Shown here piece by piece: positions 23,234 through 33,699 of a stretch of DNA of 64,000 nt. Origin of the DNA: Selaginella moellendorffii (Eukaryota > Plantae > Lycopodiophyta); assembly GCF_000143415.4 (NCBI RefSeq), contig NW_003314326.1, positions 817,609-881,608 on the forward strand. Reading direction: 5' to 3'. Position 1 is the stretch's first letter; every line of letters begins with the position of its first letter. The position numbers were made by a program, and so were the translations under genes. The notes under the pieces were generated by a model. The model was given only the letters and a program-made list of their open reading frames with translations, searched no databases and was not told where the DNA came from.

Positions 23234-25318
23234 ATGGTTAGTTTGGAAACGAGGCTGGATAGACGCGAGTGCCTGAGCCTTATCGCCTCGTGCAAGACAC
23301 TCTCACAAGCCAAGCTTGTCCACTCTCGAATCGCCTCCGCTTTTGTAAACCTCTACACCACCGATGCCTTCCTCTGCAACAAGCTCGTGGAGCTGTACGG
23401 CGCTTGCGGCAGCCCGGGCCTCGCGCGGGCGATCTTCGACCGCACAGCGCACAAGGACTCCTTTACGTGGGATTTCATGCTCAATGCATACGCGCGAAAC
23501 GGGCATTTGGAAGAGGCCAAGCAAGTGTTGGAGTCCATGCCACAGTGGAGCGCCATTTCCCACACGATTATGCTCGAGGCATATGCCAGGAACGGGCATC
23601 TTGCCGAGGCGCGGGAGATGTTCCAGAATATTCGCTACCCGGACGTGGCTGCCTGGAACTCGATGCTTGCCGCATATGCCACTAATGGGCATCTTGATAT
23701 AGCGTTACGCGTGTTCGATTCCATGCCCCAGCGCACAGCCGTGTCGTGGACGATACTCCTGTCGGCTTGCGCCCACACCGGAAACCTCAAAGATGCCAAG
23801 ATATTCTTTGATGGAATGCCTGACAAGAATCTCATCATCTGGACAACCATGATCGCTGCATATTCCCAAAACGGGCATCTGGGAGATGCCACAGCACTCT
23901 TTGATTCCATGCCCGTGAGGAATATCCTGTCATGGACGAGCATGCTCACGGCCTACGCACAAGCTGGCCAGCTAGACAGCGCACGGAAAATGTTCCAGGA
24001 TATTCCTCACCACGACGTGGTATCTTGCACAGCGATGCTGGGTATATATGCCCAAACGGGGCGTCTGGAGAAAGCAAAGGGTATCTTTGACTCGATGCCC
24101 GAGAGGGACATTGTGACGTACAATGCCATGCTTACCGCGTACGGACAGGCCGGGGATGTGGCCATGGCTACCCACACGTTTCGTACGATGCCACAGCACG
24201 ACCTGGTCTCGTGGAGTACGGTCATTTCTTTGCTTACCCAAACTGGGGATCTGGAACATGCCAAGAGAATGTATGAAATGATGCCTTTGCAGGACCTTAT
24301 CTCGCAAACTATCTTGCTAAGCTGCTACAGTCAACACGGGAATCTTAAAGATGCGAAGAAGGTGTTTGACCAGATGCCGGCACAGAATCTAGTCTCCTGG
24401 AACAACATGCTCTCTGCATATACCCAGAGAGGGTATATTCGAGATGCAAAGTCATTGTTCGATTGGATGCCACAGAAGAATCTTTTGTCTTGGAACATTA
24501 TGTTAAACTCAAAGTTACAAAATGCTCGTCTTGAAGAAGGAGTGTCAATGTTCCTGACAATGCCGGAACGCGACCTTGTATCGTGGAACTCTCTGCTGAC
24601 TGCATTTACCCAAACCGGGGATTTTGAGATGGTTAAGAAAACGTTTGCTGAGATGCCCGACAAGAACTTGATCTCCTGGACGACGATGTTGTCCGCCCTC
24701 TCGAGAAACAATCTCCTCCACGATGCAAAAGCTATGTTTGATCGAATGCCTGAGCAAAACCAAATGAGCTGGAACACAATCACGGTGGCATTTGCGCAGT
24801 CTGGACGGATCAAACAAGCCGCCAGTCTCTTCCTTCGTATGCCCGAGAGAGACATCGTCTCCTGGAGCGCGATGCTTGCCGCATATACCCAATCTGGGCA
24901 TTTCCATGTCACACTGGAGATGTTCTACGCTGCGAGGATGGAGCTCGAACCCGATGGAGCTTGCTTCGTTCCAGTGCTCGTCTCTTGCAGCCGGACAGGC
25001 AAAGTTGGCGACGCAAGGTGTTTGTTTGCATCCATGGCGCAGGATCACGGACTGGATCACTCGAGGCAGCATTACTCGTGCATGGTTGATCTCCTTGCGA
25101 GAGCTGGGCATTTGGAGCCGGCTCGAGATCTCATCACAAACATGCCCTTCGTGCCGGATCTCTTGGACTGGACTTGCTTGCTGGGCGCTTGCAAAAGCTT
25201 TGACGACGTCGAGCGTGGGGGATTTGTTGCGAAGAATGCCTTTAAGTTGGATCCCGGCTACACTTCCACGTACTCTTTACTGTCAAACATGTATAAATCG
25301 AAATCTCTTTGCGCGTAA
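23234..25318 (+). CDS. PLS-class PPR protein with E domain, no DYW (~694 aa); candidate organellar RNA-editing specificity factor
   Basis: Intronless ORF with a long run of ~31-aa motifs (F..MP.....SW..ML.AY...G....A) ending HYSCMVDLLARAG...MPFVPD...WTCLLGAC...YSLLSNMY. First ATG at 23234. Confidence 0.95.
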   Translation: MVSLETRLDRRECLSLIASCKTLSQAKLVHSRIASAFVNLYTTDAFLCNKLVELYGACGSPGLARAIFDRTAHKDSFTWDFMLNAYARNGHLEEAKQVLESMPQWSAISHTIMLEAYARNGHLAEAREMFQNIRYPDVAAWNSMLAAYATNGHLDIALRVFDSMPQRTAVSWTILLSACAHTGNLKDAKIFFDGMPDKNLIIWTTMIAAYSQNGHLGDATALFDSMPVRNILSWTSMLTAYAQAGQLDSARKMFQDIPHHDVVSCTAMLGIYAQTGRLEKAKGIFDSMPERDIVTYNAMLTAYGQAGDVAMATHTFRTMPQHDLVSWSTVISLLTQTGDLEHAKRMYEMMPLQDLISQTILLSCYSQHGNLKDAKKVFDQMPAQNLVSWNNMLSAYTQRGYIRDAKSLFDWMPQKNLLSWNIMLNSKLQNARLEEGVSMFLTMPERDLVSWNSLLTAFTQTGDFEMVKKTFAEMPDKNLISWTTMLSALSRNNLLHDAKAMFDRMPEQNQMSWNTITVAFAQSGRIKQAASLFLRMPERDIVSWSAMLAAYTQSGHFHVTLEMFYAARMELEPDGACFVPVLVSCSRTGKVGDARCLFASMAQDHGLDHSRQHYSCMVDLLARAGHLEPARDLITNMPFVPDLLDWTCLLGACKSFDDVERGGFVAKNAFKLDPGYTSTYSLLSNMYKSKSLCA

Positions 25319-25712
25319 ACGCTCTCGAAAGATAAAACTATCTTTCAATCCAAGTATCATACCATAGGTCTTGAAACTTTACATGAAGAAGCATCTTATC
25401 TTAGCCGTTGAGCGATGTTGGTCAACGGGAAAATAAGAGACCACACATTCAAAGCCCAGAGCTCGGTCAAGATCAAACGCTCGCGTTGCTCCCTCTCGCT
25501 ATGGCGAGCCCAGTCCATTCCACAGCACTGCTCACAAGAAAGCTAGCTTTTACACTCTCCTTTCCTTCGTCTAGTTCTTCCTTCCTAGCGGGACGCGGAG
25601 TCTGGACGCAACCTGGCTTCTCCCATCAAAACCACGAAAAAGAACAAAGAAATTCACCAGTCGATCCAGCTCTAGGTTTTAGCTTGATTGGTTTCGTTGC
25701 CTCTCGTCCAGG

Positions 25713-27314
25713 ATGATCCCCAGCTCCAATTCCCAGCTGCTACTGCTGCTGGCGCTGCTAACTCTCTCCTCGGCCGCGACCCAAGGAAGTGTCCCTGGAA
25801 TCTATCTCGTCACTGATGAAAAAAACAGCACCAAAAACGCGTCAGGCATGGCGATGATCCAGCCAGACTACCTGAGAGGAGGAATGGCAGACAGCGCTTG
25901 CGGCGACGTCCAAACTCCTTCACGACGCGTCTTGCTCGAGGAATCCATGAAGACCTCGCTCAAGATGGAGCTCAAGCACAGGGATCACGGGCAGCCCACC
26001 AGGAACAGGAGGTCGCTGCTGCTGGAATCGCTCAAGCGAGACATCACTCGCCTCCAATCCTTCCAGAAAAGAGTGAGTGAAAAGCTTACGGCCAGCGCCA
26101 ATCCAGAGGCTTACCTGGAGATGACGAACTCCAGCTCCACGAAATCACCTCCATCGCCATCGTCTTCGTGGGAAGAAGTCGACTCCACCGTGGAGTCCGG
26201 GGCGGAGCTTGGAGCTGGCGAGTACTTCATGGACGTGTTCGTGGGAAATCCTCCGCGGCACTTCCTCCTCATCATCGACACTGGCAGTGATCTCACCTGG
26301 CTCCAGTGCAAGCCCTGCAAGGCTTGCTTCGACCAATCCGGCCCGGTGTTTGATCCATCTCAGTCCACTTCCTTCAAGATCATCCCTTGCAATGCCGCGG
26401 CCTGCGATCTAGTCGTCCACGACGAATGCCGCGATAACTCCTCCAAGACTTCTCCAAAAACTTGCAAGTACTTCTACTGGTATGGCGATTCCTCGCGGAC
26501 GTCGGGGGACCTGGCGCTGGAATCACTGTCAGTGAGCCTCTCGGATCATCCCTCGTCGCTGGAGATCCGGGACATGGTGATCGGCTGTGGCCACTCCAAC
26601 AAGGGGCTGTTCCAGGGCGCTGGCGGGCTTCTCGGGCTAGGCCAGGGAGCTCTCTCCTTCCCATCCCAGCTGCGATCTTCGCCAATCGGCCAGAGCTTTT
26701 CCTACTGCCTCGTCGACCGGACCAACAACCTGAGCGTGAGCAGCGCCATCAGCTTTGGCGCTGGATTTGCCCTCTCCCGGCACTTCGATCAGATGAGATT
26801 CACGCCATTCGTGAGGACGAACAACTCGGTGGAGACCTTCTACTACCTTGGAATCCAGGGGATCAAGATCGACCAGGAACTTCTCCCCATCCCGGCCGAG
26901 AGATTCGCGATCGCTCCCAATGGAAGCGGCGGGACGATCATCGATTCGGGAACCACTCTCACGTACCTCAATCGCGACGCGTACCGAGCGGTGGAGAGCG
27001 CGTTCCTGGCGAGGATCTCATACCCTAGGGCCGATCCCTTCGACATCCTGGGGATTTGCTACAATGCCACTGGGAGGACCGCCGTGCCATTCCCTACCCT
27101 CAGCATCGTCTTCCAAAACGGAGCCGAGCTGGATCTTCCGCAGGAGAACTATTTCATCCAGCCGGATCCGCAAGAAGCCAAGCACTGCCTCGCGATTCTT
27201 CCCACGGATGGCATGTCGATCATCGGGAATTTCCAGCAGCAAAACATCCATTTCCTCTACGATGTCCAGCACGCGCGGCTCGGATTCGCCAACACCGATT
27301 GCTCGGCTCTTTGA
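25713..27314 (+). CDS. A1 aspartic protease (nepenthesin/CND41-like, TAXi_N + TAXi_C), secreted
   Basis: Signal peptide, GAGEYF, catalytic DTGS and DSGT, Cys-rich insert, IIGNFQQQN; intronless, 533 aa. Confidence 0.97.
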   Translation: MIPSSNSQLLLLLALLTLSSAATQGSVPGIYLVTDEKNSTKNASGMAMIQPDYLRGGMADSACGDVQTPSRRVLLEESMKTSLKMELKHRDHGQPTRNRRSLLLESLKRDITRLQSFQKRVSEKLTASANPEAYLEMTNSSSTKSPPSPSSSWEEVDSTVESGAELGAGEYFMDVFVGNPPRHFLLIIDTGSDLTWLQCKPCKACFDQSGPVFDPSQSTSFKIIPCNAAACDLVVHDECRDNSSKTSPKTCKYFYWYGDSSRTSGDLALESLSVSLSDHPSSLEIRDMVIGCGHSNKGLFQGAGGLLGLGQGALSFPSQLRSSPIGQSFSYCLVDRTNNLSVSSAISFGAGFALSRHFDQMRFTPFVRTNNSVETFYYLGIQGIKIDQELLPIPAERFAIAPNGSGGTIIDSGTTLTYLNRDAYRAVESAFLARISYPRADPFDILGICYNATGRTAVPFPTLSIVFQNGAELDLPQENYFIQPDPQEAKHCLAILPTDGMSIIGNFQQQNIHFLYDVQHARLGFANTDCSAL

Positions 27315-27440
27315 GCCCTAAAAATGTAAATTCTTGCGAAGAACCCTAATTTATGTAATTTGACCTTGGAAGTAAAGGTAATACCTTTTGGTTAAACTTG
27401 ACATTTAGGGCTTTGGCTTAAAGAGAAGAGGGGAGCGCTC

Positions 27441-28352
27441 ATGGTATGTGTTTTCGCCACGAACTGGGTCGATCGATCCGCGGTTTTTTTTCTCGCCAGA
27501 TCCGATTCGTTCTGCTCATCAGCAGGCAGGGAAAGGTGCGATTGACGAAATGGTACTCTCCATACACGCAGAAGGAGCGACTTAAGGTAGCGTGATCTCT
27601 CTTGCCCGATCGCTCTCTCCTTAGGGTTTATCGATCCCTGATGCTTGGCATGGATCCAGGCGATTCGCGAGCTCAGCGCGCTCATTCTTCCCAGAGGACC
27701 CAAGCTCTGTAATTTTGTCGAGTGGAAGGGACTCAAGGTCGTCTATAAGAGGTACACTGTGATCTCTTATCGACAGATCCAATTCTTGGTGGAAATTCTT
27801 TCTTCGCTTTCTTTTCGTAGGTATGCGAGCCTCTACTTTTGCATCTGTGTGGATTCTGAGGATAACGAATTGGATGGTCTCGAGGTGATTCATCACTATG
27901 TCCAAGTCTTGGACCGCTACTTTGGAAATGTGAGTTTTTCTTGCTTCTCGGGGAGTCTTGATTGGTTTTTTTTTCTCTTCTGTGGGATAGGTTTGCGAGC
28001 TAGATCTCATCTTCAACTTCCACAAGGTCCTCTAGCAATGGCCTCTTTTAGACTTGCTGAGTTAGTGTTTTTGACAGGCTTATTTCATACTGGATGAGAT
28101 TCTAATCGCTGGCGAGCTTCAGGAATCGAGCAAAAAGTCCGTCTCTCGCGTCATCTCGGCTCAGGTGAGCGAAATCAATCGACTGAACAGTTTCTTTTCA
28201 GGTATAGTCCTGATATTTCAAAACTCTTTCTGTAGGACACTCTGGTAGAGATCCTGATATTTCAAAACTCTTTCTGTAGGACACTCTGGTAGAGAACGCG
28301 AAAGAGCAAGCGAGTTCCGCTGAGCAATATGATCGCCCAGGCCACAAAGTGA
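27441..28352 (+). pseudogene. AP-1 complex sigma subunit, copy with damaged last exon
   Basis: Exons 27441-27443, 27500-27586, 27660-27751, 27821-27929, 27991-28026 and 28078-28164 are intact. The last acceptor is duplicated (44 bp) and there is a +1 C insertion near 28317. Confidence 0.85.
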
Positions 28353-28563
28353 AACGTATAAAGTTTTTTAGCCTTCCTTTATATATTCTGCTCACGGCAT
28401 ATCTCCTTCAATGCCATGACTACGCCAACTTTTGCAGGAGCACGAGTTCCAGTATCAGTGAGCTAGCGGCGCAAGATTTCCAATCTGGCACAAAGCCACG
28501 GTTCCAGGTGCTCTAGTGACCATAAAATAAATCTTCTTCTTCTTATTAACACGGGCATAAGAT

Positions 28564-28958
28564 TTAGACGTCATTTATACAGCTTGAACTAGAAGGATCC
28601 AATGGATAAAATCCAGGCTTGTAGATCTTCCCATATTTTACTGTTGATTTTCGTTCCATCGCGTCAAGTTTTGCCTTTTCTAGAGTGTAAGTTCTTCTGG
28701 GAGAATCATGGACTGCAGATCTTTAACATCAATATGCAGATTTGTGGGGAAGCTGCAATTCTCATCGGTCACAAGAATAGCAATTCTGAGAATGGTTCTG
28801 CCTGGAAGCTTGAATTTTATTTTTTGTTCCTGCCCAGGTGAAATAGGATCCCCTATTGGGGGACCATAGATAGCCCCAAATTGATCATGCAACGTTATTG
28901 TCTGGCTAGTATTGTTCTTCAATGAAAATATTGCTTCCTTCCCATGCGAGATGCCCAT
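28564..28958 (-). pseudogene. Frameshifted copy of the 137-aa ORF at 53003-53416
   Basis: Same N-terminus MGISHGKEAIF; a 19-bp deletion between CAG repeats shifts the frame. Confidence 0.85.
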
Positions 28959-29397
28959 TAGAATTTCAAACACTCAAGAAGAAGATTATAGAGAGAAACA
29001 ATAAGTCATTTTCAAGCAATCCCATAGACACTCAGGACACTCACCAAATTAACTTCTGCCCTTGTTTGCCCACTCCATTTATGTGTAGTGTTGATGTTTT
29101 GATGTTTATGTGAAAATAATAAAGTAATATCCCTTTCTTTAAAGTCATACTTTGTGAATAGGGAAAGTGATTTGTTTAAATTAAAGTTTGTAAAAGTAGT
29201 ATATAAAAAAATATTGATTATGCTTAAGTTTGTATATAAACAACTATATTCCTTTAAATTGACATAGACTTAGTCCATTTTGACTTTATAATTAAATTTT
29301 ATAAAACACTATTTCACAAATTGACATAGACTTTGTCTATCTTGACTAAGTAGCTTGCTCACTATCTCTCACTTGCTTGCTGTCTCTCTTTCTCTCT

Positions 29398-29417
29398 GTA
29401 TGTATGTACATATATAC

Positions 29418-29506
<89 letters not shown>

Positions 29507-29582
29507 CATACATATATATATACATACATATATATATATACATACATATATACATACATACATACATACATACATACATACA

Positions 29583-29614
<32 letters not shown>

Positions 29615-29623
29615 CACATACAT

Positions 29624-29668
<45 letters not shown>

Positions 29669-29947
29669 CATACATATATACATATACATATACATATACA
29701 TACATACATATATACATATACATATATACATATACATACATATATACATATACATGTATACATATATATATGTATATATATATACATGTATATATATATA
29801 TATACATGTATATATATATACATGTATATATATATATACATGTATATACATATATATATATATATACATGTATATATATATATATATATACATGTATATA
29901 TCTCTGTGTGTGTGTGTGTGTGTGCATGTGGGTGTGTGTGTGTGTGT
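29398..29947. repeat. Compound microsatellite (TA)n/(TACA)n/(TACATA)n/(TG)n, ~550 bp
   Basis: Directly visible. Confidence 0.99.
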
Positions 29948-30179
29948 AACATTTGCTCTATTTCTTGTAAGGAGATATGCATCCTCACATCTGAAGATTA
30001 ATACAAAGTCCTAACTTATTAAATATGATTTATTTGCCCTTTGCCATTTTAGCATATTCTATTATAAATGAATTTTACTTAATTATTTATTCTATTAGGC
30101 ATAAGTATTATCGTTCTTTCTCAAATAATTTTTCTTACTACTTTCTCAAAAGTCTCTTCAAAGGTTAAATATCATTAAA

Positions 30180-30827
30180 TTATATTTTATAAAGTAAATA
30201 TATTGAGGCAAATTTAATAATAATAATAAATATGATTAATAGTGAATTTACTAATATGTTAATAAATTTAATATGATCTACTTTTGAAATACTTGCACGA
30301 TGAGAAATGTCAATTAAAATATCAATAATAGCACTTGGTTGTTTTTTTCCAGATAAGGGTTGAATAGCTCTTCTATCTTCAAATATGTTTCTCTCAAAAT
30401 CCTTTTTGATGTCTTCTATTTCTGCATTTATTTTTTGTACAATATTCTTTAAATGTTGAGACTTACATTGCAATTTCAAAATAATTGATAATTTATAATA
30501 AATTGCCCAAAATGTTGCTATTGATACAGGGAGTGAGACAATTATGAGAACCCAAGACTGTTTTGAAGATATATTTTTGCTACTACGAATTTGAATCACC
30601 AAATTGAGTATAACTCCCTCAAAAACAGAATACATTCCAAGTACTTGATAAATTCTATCACCTGTTTTGATGATTCTTTTTCTAGTTGTTGTTAATTCTT
30701 CTTGACGTTGTGGGAGATTTTCTTTATAATTAGATAAAAGATTATTACTGATAGTTCTAATATCATCATTCTGCTCATACAAAACGGCAGTCACAATTTT
30801 TTCCCCCTCAATTTCTGATGGATCCAT
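30180..30827 (-). CDS. ~215-aa membrane protein (coiled coil, 2 TM, coiled coil, C-terminal TM), resembling the plant MEE60-like family
   Basis: Open intronless ORF in AT-rich DNA with YSVFEGVILNL...QSWVLIIVSLPVS...YKL. The paralog at 51782-52265 conserves the protein sequence. Family call is from memory of the motif only. Confidence 0.6.
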   Translation of the reverse strand: MDPSEIEGEKIVTAVLYEQNDDIRTISNNLLSNYKENLPQRQEELTTTRKRIIKTGDRIYQVLGMYSVFEGVILNLVIQIRSSKNISSKQSWVLIIVSLPVSIATFWAIYYKLSIILKLQCKSQHLKNIVQKINAEIEDIKKDFERNIFEDRRAIQPLSGKKQPSAIIDILIDISHRASISKVDHIKFINILVNSLLIIFIIIIKFASIYLLYKI

Positions 30828-33699
30828 AGTAAACACTTCTGTGATTGCTGAAAAAATTAGGCAAAGATAGACTTCTTCGATGAACACAACTTGATCTTAA
30901 TAAATATAATTTATATACGATATTTTTTCCTTGGTGACATACTAGACATATAAAAAAACAAGTTTCTAGTTCTATTATATCATAGATATTAATTTAGATT
31001 AGACTAAGTCTAACATTAAGGAATTCAAATTAAAAATTACTCAGCAAATGCTAGCTGGTTGATAAAGCCAATGGCTTTGTCAACACCTCTTTTGCTAATT
31101 AAATTTCTTCTCCTTCCAAAACTTGTGTCCCACCCTAGTGGTGCTTGTTAGATATCAACTAAAAAAGAGGAAATTAAGAGGCACTAATAAAAGTGATTTG
31201 TATTTGCAATGTTGTTAATCAATGTTGTTCAAAACAACTAAGAAACAAGAAGGATTTGCCATTTGAAAGAAAGTAACTCACTAGTAGATATCTTTAAATG
31301 ACTCATTGATCGATTCAGATAAAAATAAAAGCTCAAAGTTATCAAACCGCTCTCAATTGCATGAATTTCTCTCTATCAAGGCTTTTTAATAAGTAAATCT
31401 ACAAATCTCCCTTTGAATTTTATCATATGACCACCCTATATTCCCCTAGCAATGCCACTCCTAAACAAAGAGTGCACACTTGTTGCATTTATGTCTTCTT
31501 TTGCCTTGTTGGATAGTAAACAAAGTTATATTACCATCCTATTAACTACTAATACATCATCCTGATTTTTTCAAACTATAGCACCCAAAAATTGTTTAAT
31601 AATCATTAATTGATTTGACAAAGCCTTGACCACCCCACAGATGTCTTAATCCCAAGGATGAAGATGTTTCTAGGAGCCAAACTCACAACCTGAAAATCTA
31701 TAGCATTGTAGATTTTTTGCTTCATGAATGGGAGCCTAAACCTCCTGCATTATATCCTTTGAAATTGAAAGATAATTCCTTTAAAAAGACTTTTATAAAA
31801 TCCATGCCTAAAAAAGAAAATATGTTAACACCAAACTTTAGCCAGTAAAATATCTACAATACCTCCACTTTTACTTCGTAAAGCTAAAATTTTTGGAAAA
31901 TGCATAAATCAAACAAGAATTGACTAAGTTAGAGTGAATTATGAATGAAATGAATTTTTAATATAAACTTTCACTTTTCCTTGCATTCTAGGTCTAGCTT
32001 AGTTATCACTGAGAATGTCATTAAACCTCTAGAGAGGTAATAGCAATTGTGAAGAGATTACTAAATCAAATATGATATAGAGTCATGTTATATTTTAAAT
32101 CAAGAAAAATTATATAAGGTATTCAAAATTTTCATATTGTAAAAAAGCCCATATGGCTTTTTAAATTTTGCATAAAAATAAGCCCATAAGAAGTTTTAGA
32201 GAATGCTCCCTATATTATATTATAGGAAATCAATAAGAAATTTATAAGAAACTTCATTAATATAGTGAATATGTGTTAATTATAACTATATTGGTCATAA
32301 CACCCATAATCAATTTCTCCTAATTTTTTTAAAGAGTTTTAGCAAAAACATTTTTTAGACACCCCAAGGTCTATTGGTGATATATTGTCCATTTTCAAAT
32401 GTTTAATGTCAATAAAATAAATCACACCTACATATGTTTTGTAATATAAATAAAGTAAGTAACAGATAATTCAATGTTTTGCCATCTAAAGCATGAGCAA
32501 GACTATGTTAATATGTTTAGTTTAGAACACACTCTTATGTTTGTATTTCATATATAATAAGACCCAAATGCATAACAGCATTGTTGTAAGTATTATAAGA
32601 AAACTTTTATATATTTTTCACTAGCTTACCATATATCTCAAAAAAATTTAATTGATGATCAAAAAACTACTTGGTCTTAAATGTGCTTAATTATTGCAAG
32701 GAGAAGGCATATATTAAGCTTTAAGTAATCATACATTCAAAGACTTAAAGATATCACTTGTTCAATGTTCAAATTATTATCATTAAAAATTAAAACTATA
32801 ATCACTCAATACTTTAGCTCTACAGTATTTAGCACCTAAAAAGTACCATCTAGATTTGTACTATGAATTTTTACTATCAGATCATCAAAATTTGAAGGTG
32901 CCAAAATCAACTCTTACATGTAAAGTAATGTTAAATGGAGTTTTACATAATTTTAGCATATTAATAGCTTAATAGAAGGAGGTGGGCACCCCACTAATTA
33001 ACATGGTATGGAGGTTGAGCTTAGATTTAAGTTGGATGAGGAATAAGAAGTGATACAACCTAGCAAGAGCCAAATTAATGCCTTAAATAGTTGCTTCTAA
33101 CCACTATTTTTATTAGCCTTGAAGAACAATGAAACTAGGACCTCAAAGCCATCCACGATTGTAGACCATACTTAGAAACATTTGTTACCTCATGAATCAA
33201 TTCCTCCACTGATAATAGTATGAAAAGTGGGGATACCATAGTTTCAAAACCACTCCTCACTACTAATGTCCCAAGACTTGTAACCTATTACTGCAGCAAT
33301 AATCTAGTGTGGAAGCCTTGAGTAGGTCTGACTAGCTCCTACCCTCAAGAGCCAAGAGGAGGAGCAAGACTACTCATATGCATACAGTTGTCACAGCCCT
33401 ACCTTTACTCTCCCCTACTAAGGCTAAAATGAATTGGGCAGTATTTACTACTATAAGGAGCAATTGCTGAATTTTATAGGTTGCTTGATTATTAGGGCAT
33501 CTTTCAGCCCCAATTGTGGATCCATCCTTCACACACACACACTCACAAAATCACAACTCTAAACTCAAGCACAAAAGAAAATGGGGTGGAACCCTATGCT
33601 CAAGCTTCTCATGGGTTTATATACAAGAATGAGGGAATATTCCAAAGATATGGAATAGCTAGAATCTAAGTTCTGGTGAGAAGAAGGTGGCGATGAGTA

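Larger units (their letters stand above)
19865..30665. repeat. Left arm of inverted segmental duplication (partner ~51780-58622)
   Basis: Mirror gene order: neprosin, unknown gene, BED, neprosin scraps, tRNA-Pro, PPR, aspartic protease, AP-1 sigma, small ORF, TM ORF. Confidence 0.92.

Noticed and set aside
23269-27349. Many overlapping and antisense ORFs over the PPR and protease genes
   Set aside because: Shadow frames of GC-rich coding sequence.
29346-30014. Six 70-220-aa ORFs rich in Y/I/H/T/M/C/V
   Set aside because: Translations of the TA/TACA/TG microsatellite.
30900-33100. AT-rich tract, possibly a decayed transposon
   Set aside because: No ORF, termini or motif could be supported.
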